From Sphingorhabdus sp. (GTDB lineage: Bacteria; Pseudomonadota; Alphaproteobacteria; Sphingomonadales; Sphingomonadaceae), in the NCBI RefSeq assembly GCF_046154385.1, contig NZ_JBJXFW010000006.1, forward strand, positions 38,705 through 102,704: a DNA stretch of 64,000 nucleotides. The letters run 5' to 3'. A program made the translations under genes and the position numbers. The notes under the pieces were generated by a model that saw only the letters and a list, made by a program, of their open reading frames with translations, did no database searches and was not told the origin of the DNA. Below, one piece after another: positions 40,222-48,617 of this stretch (positions within the stretch are counted from its first letter, which is position 1; every line of letters starts with the position of its first letter).

Positions 40222-41756
40222 GCGAACAACCCGTGCAGATACCAGCGCGGGTCCCCCCCCTCCCCATAGAGCCCATGCCGGAACATCCAGAAACGCCGGC
40301 CTTCACTGTCCTCCACACGGTAATAGTCGCGGGTCAGTCCGCCCTTTCCCGGTTCATGCCCCGCAGGACGCCGCCACCATTCGTCCGCGATCCGTTCAGG
40401 CCCCTCGACAGAATGGACCAGATGGACATGACGCCGCCACCGGAACTGGCGCGGCGGTCCATCGGGCAGCAGCGCCGTCACCTCCACAGGCTGCGGCGGG
40501 TCGAACAGACGGAAAGGCCGCATTTGCGGTTCCTGCATCTGGGCTGTTGTCCGGAAAGCCGATGGCGGTCCGGCCTGCGCGGGACGCTCAAAGGTTGCAC
40601 GTTCGGGAATATGGCTGTTGCCCATGTGAAAATGACGGATGCGCTCCGGCCCCAGGCGTACGCTCAACCGGTCGATCAGCGCCGCCTTTTCCGCCTTTAC
40701 ATCCACCTTGGATTCAAGACCTGCCTGCACATGCGCCAAATATTCGCTGCGCGGAACAGCCATGTGGATCATGTCATAGCCAAATCCCGGGTCGAGCGGA
40801 TCGGACAATGTATCAATCCGCTCCCCGAACAACCGGTCGAGCAAAGCCGCATCACGTGTCGGGGTGCCGGTATCCACGGCAAGCCGCGCGACATGACCGT
40901 CACTGCGGAACAGGGATATTTCAAACCGCCGGCCACCTTCGCCACGTTCCTGCAACAGGATCGCGCTTTGCTGTGCCAGATGGGTGATCCCCGCCATTAC
41001 ATCCTGCGTGCGCGCCACCGGCTCTGCAAAATTGAGCGCCACCTGGATAACCGGGGCGGCCCGGCGCGGCGTAATGCGGGGGTCTTCTTCCTCCAACAGA
41101 CGCGCAAGTGTGCGGCCATAATCCTTACCGAAACGCGCGGCAAAGGCGGCACGTGGACGCGCGGCAAGGTCGCCGACCGTTTTCAATCCGGCCCGCTGCA
41201 ACGCGGCATGCACCTTTGCGTCGCAATCCAGCGCGTGCACCGGCAATGCGTTTATCGTCCGCACACCAAATCTGGCCTTGGCCCGCGCGCTGTCCGGTGT
41301 CGCACCCAGGGCGATACGCGCGGTCAGGCCATGACGCCGCAGCCGCATTTTCAAATCCCGGGCAAGGGCCGCTTCGGTGCCGCCAAATATATGCGCGCAG
41401 CCGCTAATATCCAGAATCAGACCCTGTGGCGGATCCAAAGCGCAACTGGGGGTGTAGCGTTCGCATCCGTCGGCAAGCCATTCGAGCAATTGCCTGTCCG
41501 CCTGCGGATCATGGTCAAATACCGCCAGATCCGGGACGCGCGCCCGCGCATCGGCAAGCGCCATGCCGGGCGTCATGCCCAGCCCAAGCGCAGCCGTATC
41601 GCAGGCGACAAGCCGCATGGCCCCGCGCTGCTTTTCAATCAGCGCAAAAGGAACGTCAGGCGCTTTGTCTCCGCAGCTCCGGATCAGTCGTTCCGCCGGC
41701 AGAACCGGCAGAAAGACCGCCAGATAACGGCGCGTCGTGAAAAATTCTGTCTCCAT
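40218..41756 (-). CDS. imuB: ImuB (Y-family-polymerase-like mutagenesis protein)
   Basis: The N-terminus RRYLAVFLPVLPAERL is typical of ImuB. Position between imuA and dnaE2 supports the call. 512 aa. Confidence 0.9.
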   Translation of the reverse strand: METEFFTTRRYLAVFLPVLPAERLIRSCGDKAPDVPFALIEKQRGAMRLVACDTAALGLGMTPGMALADARARVPDLAVFDHDPQADRQLLEWLADGCERYTPSCALDPPQGLILDISGCAHIFGGTEAALARDLKMRLRRHGLTARIALGATPDSARAKARFGVRTINALPVHALDCDAKVHAALQRAGLKTVGDLAARPRAAFAARFGKDYGRTLARLLEEEDPRITPRRAAPVIQVALNFAEPVARTQDVMAGITHLAQQSAILLQERGEGGRRFEISLFRSDGHVARLAVDTGTPTRDAALLDRLFGERIDTLSDPLDPGFGYDMIHMAVPRSEYLAHVQAGLESKVDVKAEKAALIDRLSVRLGPERIRHFHMGNSHIPERATFERPAQAGPPSAFRTTAQMQEPQMRPFRLFDPPQPVEVTALLPDGPPRQFRWRRHVHLVHSVEGPERIADEWWRRPAGHEPGKGGLTRDYYRVEDSEGRRFWMFRHGLYGEGGDPRWYLHGLFA

Positions 41757-42435
41757 GATCCCAGGTCACTCTCGCCGCAAAAGGCGCAATGCCGCCGCGG
41801 TGGCGCAGCAAATTGATGTCGAATGTTGCAAAGCCCGGCACGTTGCCGGGTAGAGGCAGCGATGGCGCGGACCGGACTTGCCAGCGGGTGGTGGCCGCGC
41901 TGGGCATCGGGACCGCATCACCCCGCACCAGCAGTGCCAAAACACCGGCTTCGCGCGCGGCCAGCACCAGCCGCCGCGTCGATGTCAGATCGATCAGCCG
42001 GGCATGGCCCTGCGCCTCCAAGATGACGGCACCTGCGGCTTTTGAACGGATGCCATCGGCTGCAGCGCGCAAGGCATCGCGCATATCCGCCGCCTGAACC
42101 AGCAAAAGGCGGGCGGGATCCGCACCCATTTGCGCAAGACCCGCGGCATAGAGCCGGCCCGAGGCCTGCCGTTCCTTGTCCCCCGAAACCCACAAAATAT
42201 GCGTCTCCGTCTCGGGCAAGCGGAGCGCCATCAGCATGGCAAAGGCGGCTGCCGCAGTTGCGTCATTATGGTCAGCAGCGAAAAATTCATGCAGACCGTC
42301 CTGCGCGATTCCCCCCTGCAGTCGCTGGTCCACCAAAGGCGCGCCGACCGGCAGAAGCCTTTGCGGCTTCTCCGACTGGTACTGCTGCCACAACCTGTTG
42401 GACGGGGGCGCAGATAGAATCGCCTTAATGTTCAT
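41656..42435 (-). CDS. imuA: ImuA (RecA/SulA-like mutagenesis protein)
   Basis: LPVGAPLVDQRLQGGIAQDGLHEFFA... is the characteristic ImuA block. First gene of the cassette. Its 3' end overlaps imuB by 101 nt in another frame. Confidence 0.85.
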   Translation of the reverse strand: MNIKAILSAPPSNRLWQQYQSEKPQRLLPVGAPLVDQRLQGGIAQDGLHEFFAADHNDATAAAAFAMLMALRLPETETHILWVSGDKERQASGRLYAAGLAQMGADPARLLLVQAADMRDALRAAADGIRSKAAGAVILEAQGHARLIDLTSTRRLVLAAREAGVLALLVRGDAVPMPSAATTRWQVRSAPSLPLPGNVPGFATFDINLLRHRGGIAPFAARVTWDHGDRIFHDAPLSGGLSAGSAGGTTDPELRRQSA

Positions 42436-42444
42436 GTTTTGTTC
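42430..42444. promoter_or_regulatory. LexA (SOS) box GTTC-N7-GTTC at the imuA start
   Basis: GTTCatgttttGTTC (GAACaaaacATGAAC on the coding strand) contains the annotated imuA ATG. A TATAGA -10-like hexamer lies immediately upstream on the minus strand. Confidence 0.75.
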
Positions 42445-42541
42445 TATATCTTCTTTTTCCAGAATGTGGAGTCAGCTTTTTGTCGTTAAATTGGGGCAGG
42501 ACCTGTTAGATGCTGTCATATAGAAAGATGCAGGAGACCAC

Positions 42542-44005
42542 ATGAACCCCGACATTTCCGAAAGCCCGGGCATCTGGTGCCATGCGAAAGCGACGCGGGC
42601 GCATGCTGTCGTCGACGCGGCACCCTATTATGAGATCATCCAGGCCGCCATGATGAATGCCAAGCACCGCATCATGCTGATCGGTTGGGATTTCGACACA
42701 CGTATCGATTTAAGCCGGAGCCGCCGGAAAAAAGGCGACCCGCCAAAACGGCTTGGTGATTTCATCTTGTGGCTGGCCGACCGGACGCCGGGGCTGGAAA
42801 TCAAGCTGCTTAAATGGAATTTCGGTGCGCTTAAGCTGATGACACGGGGGTCGGCCATGGTCGATGTCGCTAAATGGGCAATGCACAAGCAGATCCAGTT
42901 CAAACTCGACAGTGCGCATCCTGTGGGATGCAGCCACCACCAGAAGATCGTCGTCATTGACGACAAGATGGCCGCCTGCGGTGGCATCGACATGACCGCA
43001 GACCGCTGGGATACCCCCGAACATGTCGACGGCGACCTACGGCGCAAGCGCCCCAACGGGAAGCTCTATGGCCCCTGGCATGACACGACCATGCTGGTCG
43101 AAGGCGACACCGCCGCTGCACTCGCCGTCCTTAGCCGGGCGCGTTGGGAATTGGCCGGTGGTGATCCTATGGAACCCTGCCCCACGGATGCTGCCTCGCC
43201 CTGGCCCGAATTTCTGAAGGCCGAATATCAATTTGTCGAAATGGGGATTACGCGCACCCGTGCGGAATATAAGGACGCCACCGAAATCCGCGAAATCCAG
43301 CACTTGTTTCTGGAACAGATCGCCCGCGCCAAAAAGTTCATTTACGCAGAGAACCAGTATTTTGCCTCGCCCAAAATCGCCGATGCAATCGCCAAGCGCA
43401 TGGCGGAACCTGACCCGCCCGAGATTATCATCGTCAACCCCGAGACCGCGGACGGATGGCTGGAACAAAAGGCCATGGATGGCGCCCGCGCGCAGCTGCT
43501 GCGCGCCATAGGGAAGCACGACCCCAAGGACCGGTTCTGCATCTATGTTCCGCACACCAAGCAGGGTGAACCGATCTATGTCCATGCCAAGCTGATGATT
43601 GTGGATGACGAAATATTGCGCATCGGGTCCGCGAATATGAACAACCGTTCGCTGGGTCTGGATAGCGAATGCGATTTACTCATCGATACAGTCCGTATTG
43701 GAAATGCGAGCGCGGGGCCGGCCATCACGGCATTGCGGGCTTCGTTATTGGCGGAACATTGCGGACTTTCGGACACCAAAGTGATGGAACTTTTGGGGCA
43801 AGGCAAGACGATGCGGACTATCATCGAAGTGGCACAGGGAAATGGCCGTAAACTTGTGCGACTTGCCATTCCGGAGCTGACCGAAGCCGAGAAGGTTATA
43901 GCCGAAACGGCCGCACTGGATCCCGAAAGTGCCGACCAGATGTTCGAACCTTTTTCGAGCCCCGGTCTGTTTTCCCGCGTCAAGCGGCTGCGTTCACCAG
44001 GATAG
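42542..44005 (+). CDS. Phospholipase D-family protein (two HKD motifs)
   Basis: HHQKIVVIDDKMAACGGIDM and HAKLMIVDDEILRIGSANMNNRS. AGGAG RBS. Divergent from imuA. Confidence 0.82.
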   Translation: MNPDISESPGIWCHAKATRAHAVVDAAPYYEIIQAAMMNAKHRIMLIGWDFDTRIDLSRSRRKKGDPPKRLGDFILWLADRTPGLEIKLLKWNFGALKLMTRGSAMVDVAKWAMHKQIQFKLDSAHPVGCSHHQKIVVIDDKMAACGGIDMTADRWDTPEHVDGDLRRKRPNGKLYGPWHDTTMLVEGDTAAALAVLSRARWELAGGDPMEPCPTDAASPWPEFLKAEYQFVEMGITRTRAEYKDATEIREIQHLFLEQIARAKKFIYAENQYFASPKIADAIAKRMAEPDPPEIIIVNPETADGWLEQKAMDGARAQLLRAIGKHDPKDRFCIYVPHTKQGEPIYVHAKLMIVDDEILRIGSANMNNRSLGLDSECDLLIDTVRIGNASAGPAITALRASLLAEHCGLSDTKVMELLGQGKTMRTIIEVAQGNGRKLVRLAIPELTEAEKVIAETAALDPESADQMFEPFSSPGLFSRVKRLRSPG

Positions 44006-44020
44006 TTTTCGAAGCCGGTT

Positions 44021-44653
44021 TCATCGGTTCCGTTTCTTTTCCGGGGTGGGGGTAGGCGCTGGCTGAGTCCCGGCTGGCGACGGTGCTGCCCCTGCGACCT
44101 GCAACGGGACAATGGAAACGCCGTACAGCCGCCATTTACCGGCCATCCATTGATAATAAAGTTCAAACTCGACCGAGGTAGGCCGAATGCCGAAATAACC
44201 GCGCAGATACAGAACGTCGGGTTGGACCATTTGCGGCGGGGCAGTATAAGAAGGCGCAACAAGCAAGGCGTTGGACAAGTCGATCTTGCTGCTCCGCAAG
44301 CCTGAAAAAATCTCGGCAAGACGCGCAGGATTATTGTTGATCTGGAATCCGGTTGCCGAAAGATCGCGCAGCACGGAATAATTGCCTGACTGGTTGGCAT
44401 TATCCACCGCCGCGATTGTTCCCCAAATCAACTTCGCCAATTCCAGTTCGCCGGGAATAGGAGCGGCAGAAAGGGTATTTTGCGGTGCCACGGACTGCGG
44501 CAATTGCGGTTGGCTTTGGGCAATAGCGGGAAAACTATGTCCGGCCCAAAGCATCACCATGCCGCCGAAAAGTGCCAAAGTACGGCGCGTGAAGAGTAAC
44601 GCTTGCGACTCCGTGGACCAAAATTGATCACCATCCGCACCATATTGCTTCAA
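44021..44653 (-). CDS. Hypothetical exported protein
   Basis: N-terminal hydrophobic segment TLALFGGMVMLWAGHSFPAIAQ (signal/anchor), a globular middle, and a Pro/Ala-rich basic tail. No family recognised. Start uncertain. Confidence 0.5.
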   Translation of the reverse strand: MKQYGADGDQFWSTESQALLFTRRTLALFGGMVMLWAGHSFPAIAQSQPQLPQSVAPQNTLSAAPIPGELELAKLIWGTIAAVDNANQSGNYSVLRDLSATGFQINNNPARLAEIFSGLRSSKIDLSNALLVAPSYTAPPQMVQPDVLYLRGYFGIRPTSVEFELYYQWMAGKWRLYGVSIVPLQVAGAAPSPAGTQPAPTPTPEKKRNR

Positions 44654-44752
44654 CGATCATTCTCCATTTTGTTAACGCCGCCGATAGATAGCATTACAAT
44701 GAAACCTCATTTTTCGCAACGCTTTTAATCCTGCGAACAACATGAGTGCCTA

Positions 44753-44792
44753 TAAAAAGGGCGCCGGAATCACACCGGCGCCCCCTTTTTTA
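44753..44792 (-). terminator. Bidirectional rho-independent terminator downstream of the adhesin gene
   Basis: AAAAA-GGGCGCCGG-aatcaca-CCGGCGCCC-CCTTTTTT, 14 nt after the adhesin stop codon. Confidence 0.85.
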
Positions 44793-44805
44793 CTTTTGGC
44801 TAAGC

Positions 44806-45956
44806 TTAAAATTCGGTCGCGACATGGGCGCGGACGACGGTGTCTTTGCCACCCGAATGCGCGACGCCGCCGCCGAAGGAGACTGGAGCCTCCAAATTCA
44901 GACGGTGGTTGAACGAAAAGCTGAATGCGCCTTCACCGCGGTAGAATGCGGTTCCGCCAACAACCGTAGTCTTGCCGGGCTCCGATGGCATTGCCGACAT
45001 TGATAATGGCCCCCTGACCAAGGGCGAGCCCATTTCCAGCTTCTGCTCTTGTTCCTTGACCAAGCGCTGTGGAATTATTGCCATTCGTTAAAGCATTTTG
45101 CCCCAACGCAATCGATTGGCCCGCAAGGGCCTGAGAGTTAATACCTATTACAACATTTTGATCACCTGCAGCACTTGCCCCAGGGCCAATGGCGATGGAT
45201 AGATTGCCAACCGTAGGGATAGCCACAACACCGCCGGTATTAATTGCAATGAACTTGTTATTGACCGCCGCGGCATCCAACTGCCCCTTGTTCACCGCGT
45301 CATTTGCGGCGGTGCCGTTTGCGACATTGACGATCTTGCGGAACTGAATGGTCCCTGCGTCTGCGGCATTGCCCGAGCCAACCGATACCACATTATCCGC
45401 CGATGCAACGGACCCGCTGCCCAGCGCAACCGAGCGGAGACCCGATGCATTGCTGCTACCGCCCAGCCACAGCGGCGGTGGTATTACTACCGCCATTACT
45501 TGCAACGAACTTCGTCGCATCTATCAATTGCCCGAAGTTCACCGCGTCAAATGTGCCAAAGCCGTTCGCGACATTGACGATCCTGCGCTTCAGCGAGGCA
45601 TTACCCACCGAAACGGTATTTGCTAAAGTCGCCACCGAACCATCGCCCAATGCCACAGAACTTTGTCCTTGCGCTTTTGCTAGGTGACCAATGGCCGTGC
45701 CCTCGATGACCGCAGCTGCACCAGCACCTATCGCGACGGCATTTTGTCCTGCACTTGCACCGATGCCACATTGTGTTGATCCCGATATTACCGCACCTGG
45801 CGTCGGGCTAGTCGCGTCTTGCAGTGCTTCAGCGCATTCCGCCGTGGAATTAGGTTCGGCAGTTACTGTCTGCGCCCAAGCGGATGTCGGCATGGCAAGT
45901 GCGGCGAGGCTGGCGCTGGTGAGCGCGGCGGTCAGTAAATTCTTACGGCTTAACAT
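44806..45956 (-). pseudogene. Trimeric autotransporter (YadA-like) adhesin interrupted by two frameshifts
   Basis: Three consecutive minus-strand ORFs in different frames.
- 45956-45456: signal peptide MLSRKNLLTAALTSASLAALAMPTSAWAQ and head repeats, neck-like KRRIVNVANGFGTFDAVNFGQL.
- 45520-44933: ...SVALGSGSVASADNVVSVG...FRKIVNVANGTAANDAVNKGQL...
- 45084-44806: membrane anchor ...TTVVGGTAFYRGEGAFSFSFNHRL...VRAHVATEF.
AAGGAG RBS lies 8 nt before the ATG at 45956. Confidence 0.8.
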
Positions 45957-46129
45957 CTGAAATGCTCCTTTATTATTCATACAGATCCGGCGCGCAGCCA
46001 TTGGCTTGCGATGGGGAATCGGTCGGCCAATACATAGTGTTGCCATGTATGTAAACATAGTTTTGCTTTTTATATGGTGTGAGGCTGGATTTGGGGGTGG
46101 TTTACAGGGGGTTTGCAGAGGTTCGGGGG

Positions 46130-46535
46130 AAGCCCTCTCCGCTGCGACTAGCGAATGAATTCGCAAGTCTCGCGCCTCTCCCGCTTGCGGGAGAGGGATT
46201 GAAGCTTCTTCTCCCATCCCGCTTGCGGGAGAGGTCGGGGGAGGGTGAATCGGCACCGCCCCAAGGCGCGCCTGCGGCACGCCGCCCTCCCCTAACCCCT
46301 CCCGCAGGCGGGAGGGGGATTGGTTTTTGTGAAGCGGCGAATCCTCCATTCTACTCTCTCCGCGAACTCCGCCCCCTCCGCGTCCTCCGCGTGAACCCAC
46401 TAGCGCCGTGTTTTTGGGTTCTCGCAGAGGACGCGGAGCTAGCGGAGCCCGCAGAGAAAGTAGACTTCATCCTGAACCCAAGTTCCCTGCACCTTGAATC
46501 CTACTCCCATCCCGCAGGCGGGAGGGGGATTGTGT
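46130..46535. repeat. Composite intergenic repeat, copy 2 (inverted relative to copy 1), plus extra hairpin units
   Basis: B part has three hairpins: CCTCTCCCGCTTGCGGGAGAGG, CCATCCCGCTTGCGGGAGAGG and CCCCTCCCGCAGGCGGGAGGGGG, linked by GGGTGAATCGGCACCGCCCCAAGGCGCGCCTGCGGCACGCC. The C part follows (...GCGTGAACCCACTAGCGCCGTGTTTTTGGGTTCTCGC...GTAGACTTCATCCTGAACCC). A solitary hairpin lies at about 46507-46529. Confidence 0.85.
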
Positions 46536-46539
46536 GCCT

Positions 46540-47613
46540 TTAACTGATCGCCAAAACGCTTGTGAGGATGATGCGGACCAGTTCTGCGTGGCCGCGGGCG
46601 CCGGTTTTGGCGTAGATTTTCTTGGAATAATTCCGCGCAGTTTCCACGCTGAGGCCCAGAGCCTGTGCCGCTTCGGCGATGCTTGTCGCCTGTGCGAGCA
46701 TCCATGCGAGCCGCGCCTCGCTTGGCAACAATCCGAACAGGTCCACCAACTGGTCGCAACGGTCCGCCTGTGACCGCCTGTCGCCGCTGACATAGACAAT
46801 GGCGACAGGCGTCCGGTTGCCCGAAATATTGTGGCTTTGGTGCGGTGTCACCAGCATTTCGACCCACGGGTCCTTGCTGAGGTTAAATGCCTGCGGGCGG
46901 GTGCCTGTGTCGGCAACAAATCCCTTGACCAACGCCGTCAGGGCGCGATCAATCTCGGGTGATGCCGGCACCAGCCGGTCATAGCGCCCCCGCCGCAGGA
47001 CCCCGCCCCATTGGAAAAGCTGTTCCAGATTGTCCGTCGTATCGATGATATGGCACCCTGCATCCAGCGACAGCCACCCCATTTTCAGCCGGTCAAAAGC
47101 CTGCCCCGTAATCGACGACCGAAACCGTTCGCGTTCCAACGCCGCATGGCTTCGGAGTGCGATTTGCATATGCGGGGCGAGCGCGGTTAACAGCGCGCTG
47201 GTGGCTGAACCGATATTTTTGCCGCCCGAACACAGCAGCCACAGATCAAGACCGCCGGGTTCGGTAACCCGAATTGCCCGCAATTGTTTGAAGGATGACG
47301 GTTCGTCGGAACGCTTTGCCCCGGCAAGATCCAGCAGTTCGTCCTGCGCGTATACGCGGTTGGGGCGCATGGCGCGGATCGGGATTGCGTCACCGATTCT
47401 GCGGCGGCCTTCTGGCTGGATTGGTTCGCCAAGCATATTTGCCGATCCGGCCGACAGTTCGATAACGCGCTCCTCATCCGATGGCTGAAACAGCAATTTC
47501 ACGGTATCGGAGCCGGTTTTGGCCAGTAACTTGTTAAGAAATCCGCGCCATAGGGGCGTTTCGAACATCCCTTCGTAAAGCGATTGCAACAGGCTGTCGT
47601 CATCGGTGTGCAT
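46540..47613 (-). CDS. LuxR-family transcriptional regulator (C-terminal HTH, unrecognised N-terminal domain)
   Basis: C-terminal LLPSEARLAWMLAQATSIAEAAQALGLSVETARNYSKKIYAKTGARGHAELVRIIL is a LuxR/GerE HTH. Start set at ATG 47613 (MHTDDD...), preceded by GGAGGG. In-frame ATGs at 47634 and 47667 lack an SD. Confidence 0.8.
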   Translation of the reverse strand: MHTDDDSLLQSLYEGMFETPLWRGFLNKLLAKTGSDTVKLLFQPSDEERVIELSAGSANMLGEPIQPEGRRRIGDAIPIRAMRPNRVYAQDELLDLAGAKRSDEPSSFKQLRAIRVTEPGGLDLWLLCSGGKNIGSATSALLTALAPHMQIALRSHAALERERFRSSITGQAFDRLKMGWLSLDAGCHIIDTTDNLEQLFQWGGVLRRGRYDRLVPASPEIDRALTALVKGFVADTGTRPQAFNLSKDPWVEMLVTPHQSHNISGNRTPVAIVYVSGDRRSQADRCDQLVDLFGLLPSEARLAWMLAQATSIAEAAQALGLSVETARNYSKKIYAKTGARGHAELVRIILTSVLAIS

Positions 47614-47626
47614 CGCTGTCTTATAC

Positions 47627-47642
47627 CCTCCCATATGGGAGG
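47627..47642. promoter_or_regulatory. Perfect 16-bp palindrome in the luxR-like/cysD divergent region
   Basis: CCTCCCATATGGGAGG, 14 nt upstream of the regulator ATG and 61 nt upstream of the cysD ATG. One half doubles as the GGAGGG Shine-Dalgarno of the regulator gene. Confidence 0.5.
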
Positions 47643-47702
47643 TGCAAGCATGGCGTTCACGGGGCATATGATTCGACGAAGTAACAGGGAGCTTGCAGAA
47701 TA

Positions 47703-48617
47703 ATGGTGCGAACTTTGACCCATTTGGAACGATTGGAAGCCGAGAGCATCCACATCATGCGCGAGGTCGTCGCCGAATCCGACCGGCCGGTGATGCTATA
47801 TTCGGTCGGCAAGGATAGCGCAGTCATGCTGCATCTTGCGCGCAAGGCATTTTATCCTTCGCCGCCGCCTTTTCCGCTGCTGCACGTCGATACGACGTGG
47901 AAGTTCAAGGACATGTACAAGCTGCGCGACCAGATGGCGCAAGAAAGCGGCATGGAACTGCTGGTCTATCATAATCAGGAAGCGATGGACCGGGGCATCA
48001 ACCCGTTCGATCACGGCCCGCTGCACACGGATATGTGGAAGACCGAGGGCCTGAAAATGGCGCTCGACCATTATGGGTTCGACGCGGCCTTTGGCGGCGC
48101 GCGGCGTGACGAGGAAAAAAGCCGGGCCAAGGAACGCATATTCTCGTTCCGCACGGCTACCCATGGCTGGGACCCGAAGAACCAGCGGCCCGAATTGTGG
48201 AACCTGTATAATGCCCGCAAGACCAAGGGCGAAAGCATCCGGATTTTCCCGATCTCCAACTGGACCGAGCTGGATATCTGGCAATATATCCATCTGAACG
48301 ACATTCCGATTGTTCCGCTGTATTTCAGCGCGAAACGGCCGACCTTTGAATATCAGGGCCAATTGTTCATGGCCGATGATATCGAACGGCTGGAACGGGT
48401 GATGGGCAAGCGCCCCGAAATCACCGAACGCTCGATCCGGTTCCGCACCTTGGGCTGCTTCCCGTTGACCGGCGCGGTCGAGAGTGATGCGAAAACCTTG
48501 CCCGAGGTCATTCAGGAAATGCTGTTGACCACCACGTCCGAACGTCAGGGGCGGGTCATCGACAAGGATGGCGGCGACGCCAGCATGGAAAAGAAAAAGC
48601 AGGAAGGGTATTTCTGA
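47703..48617 (+). CDS. cysD: Sulfate adenylyltransferase subunit 2
   Basis: [18 protein letters not shown]...[18 protein letters not shown]...[13 protein letters not shown] are canonical CysD blocks. Confidence 0.95.
   Translation: MVRTLTHLERLEAESIHIMREVVAESDRPVMLYSVGKDSAVMLHLARKAFYPSPPPFPLLHVDTTWKFKDMYKLRDQMAQESGMELLVYHNQEAMDRGINPFDHGPLHTDMWKTEGLKMALDHYGFDAAFGGARRDEEKSRAKERIFSFRTATHGWDPKNQRPELWNLYNARKTKGESIRIFPISNWTELDIWQYIHLNDIPIVPLYFSAKRPTFEYQGQLFMADDIERLERVMGKRPEITERSIRFRTLGCFPLTGAVESDAKTLPEVIQEMLLTTTSERQGRVIDKDGGDASMEKKKQEGYF

Noticed and set aside
46130-46535. Possible CRISPR array, suggested by repeated CCCTCCCGC..GCGGGAGGG units.
   Set aside because: The units are palindromic hairpins with irregular spacing and orientation. 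The sequences between them are themselves conserved between copies, and no cas genes are present. This is a REP/BIME-like family, not CRISPR.
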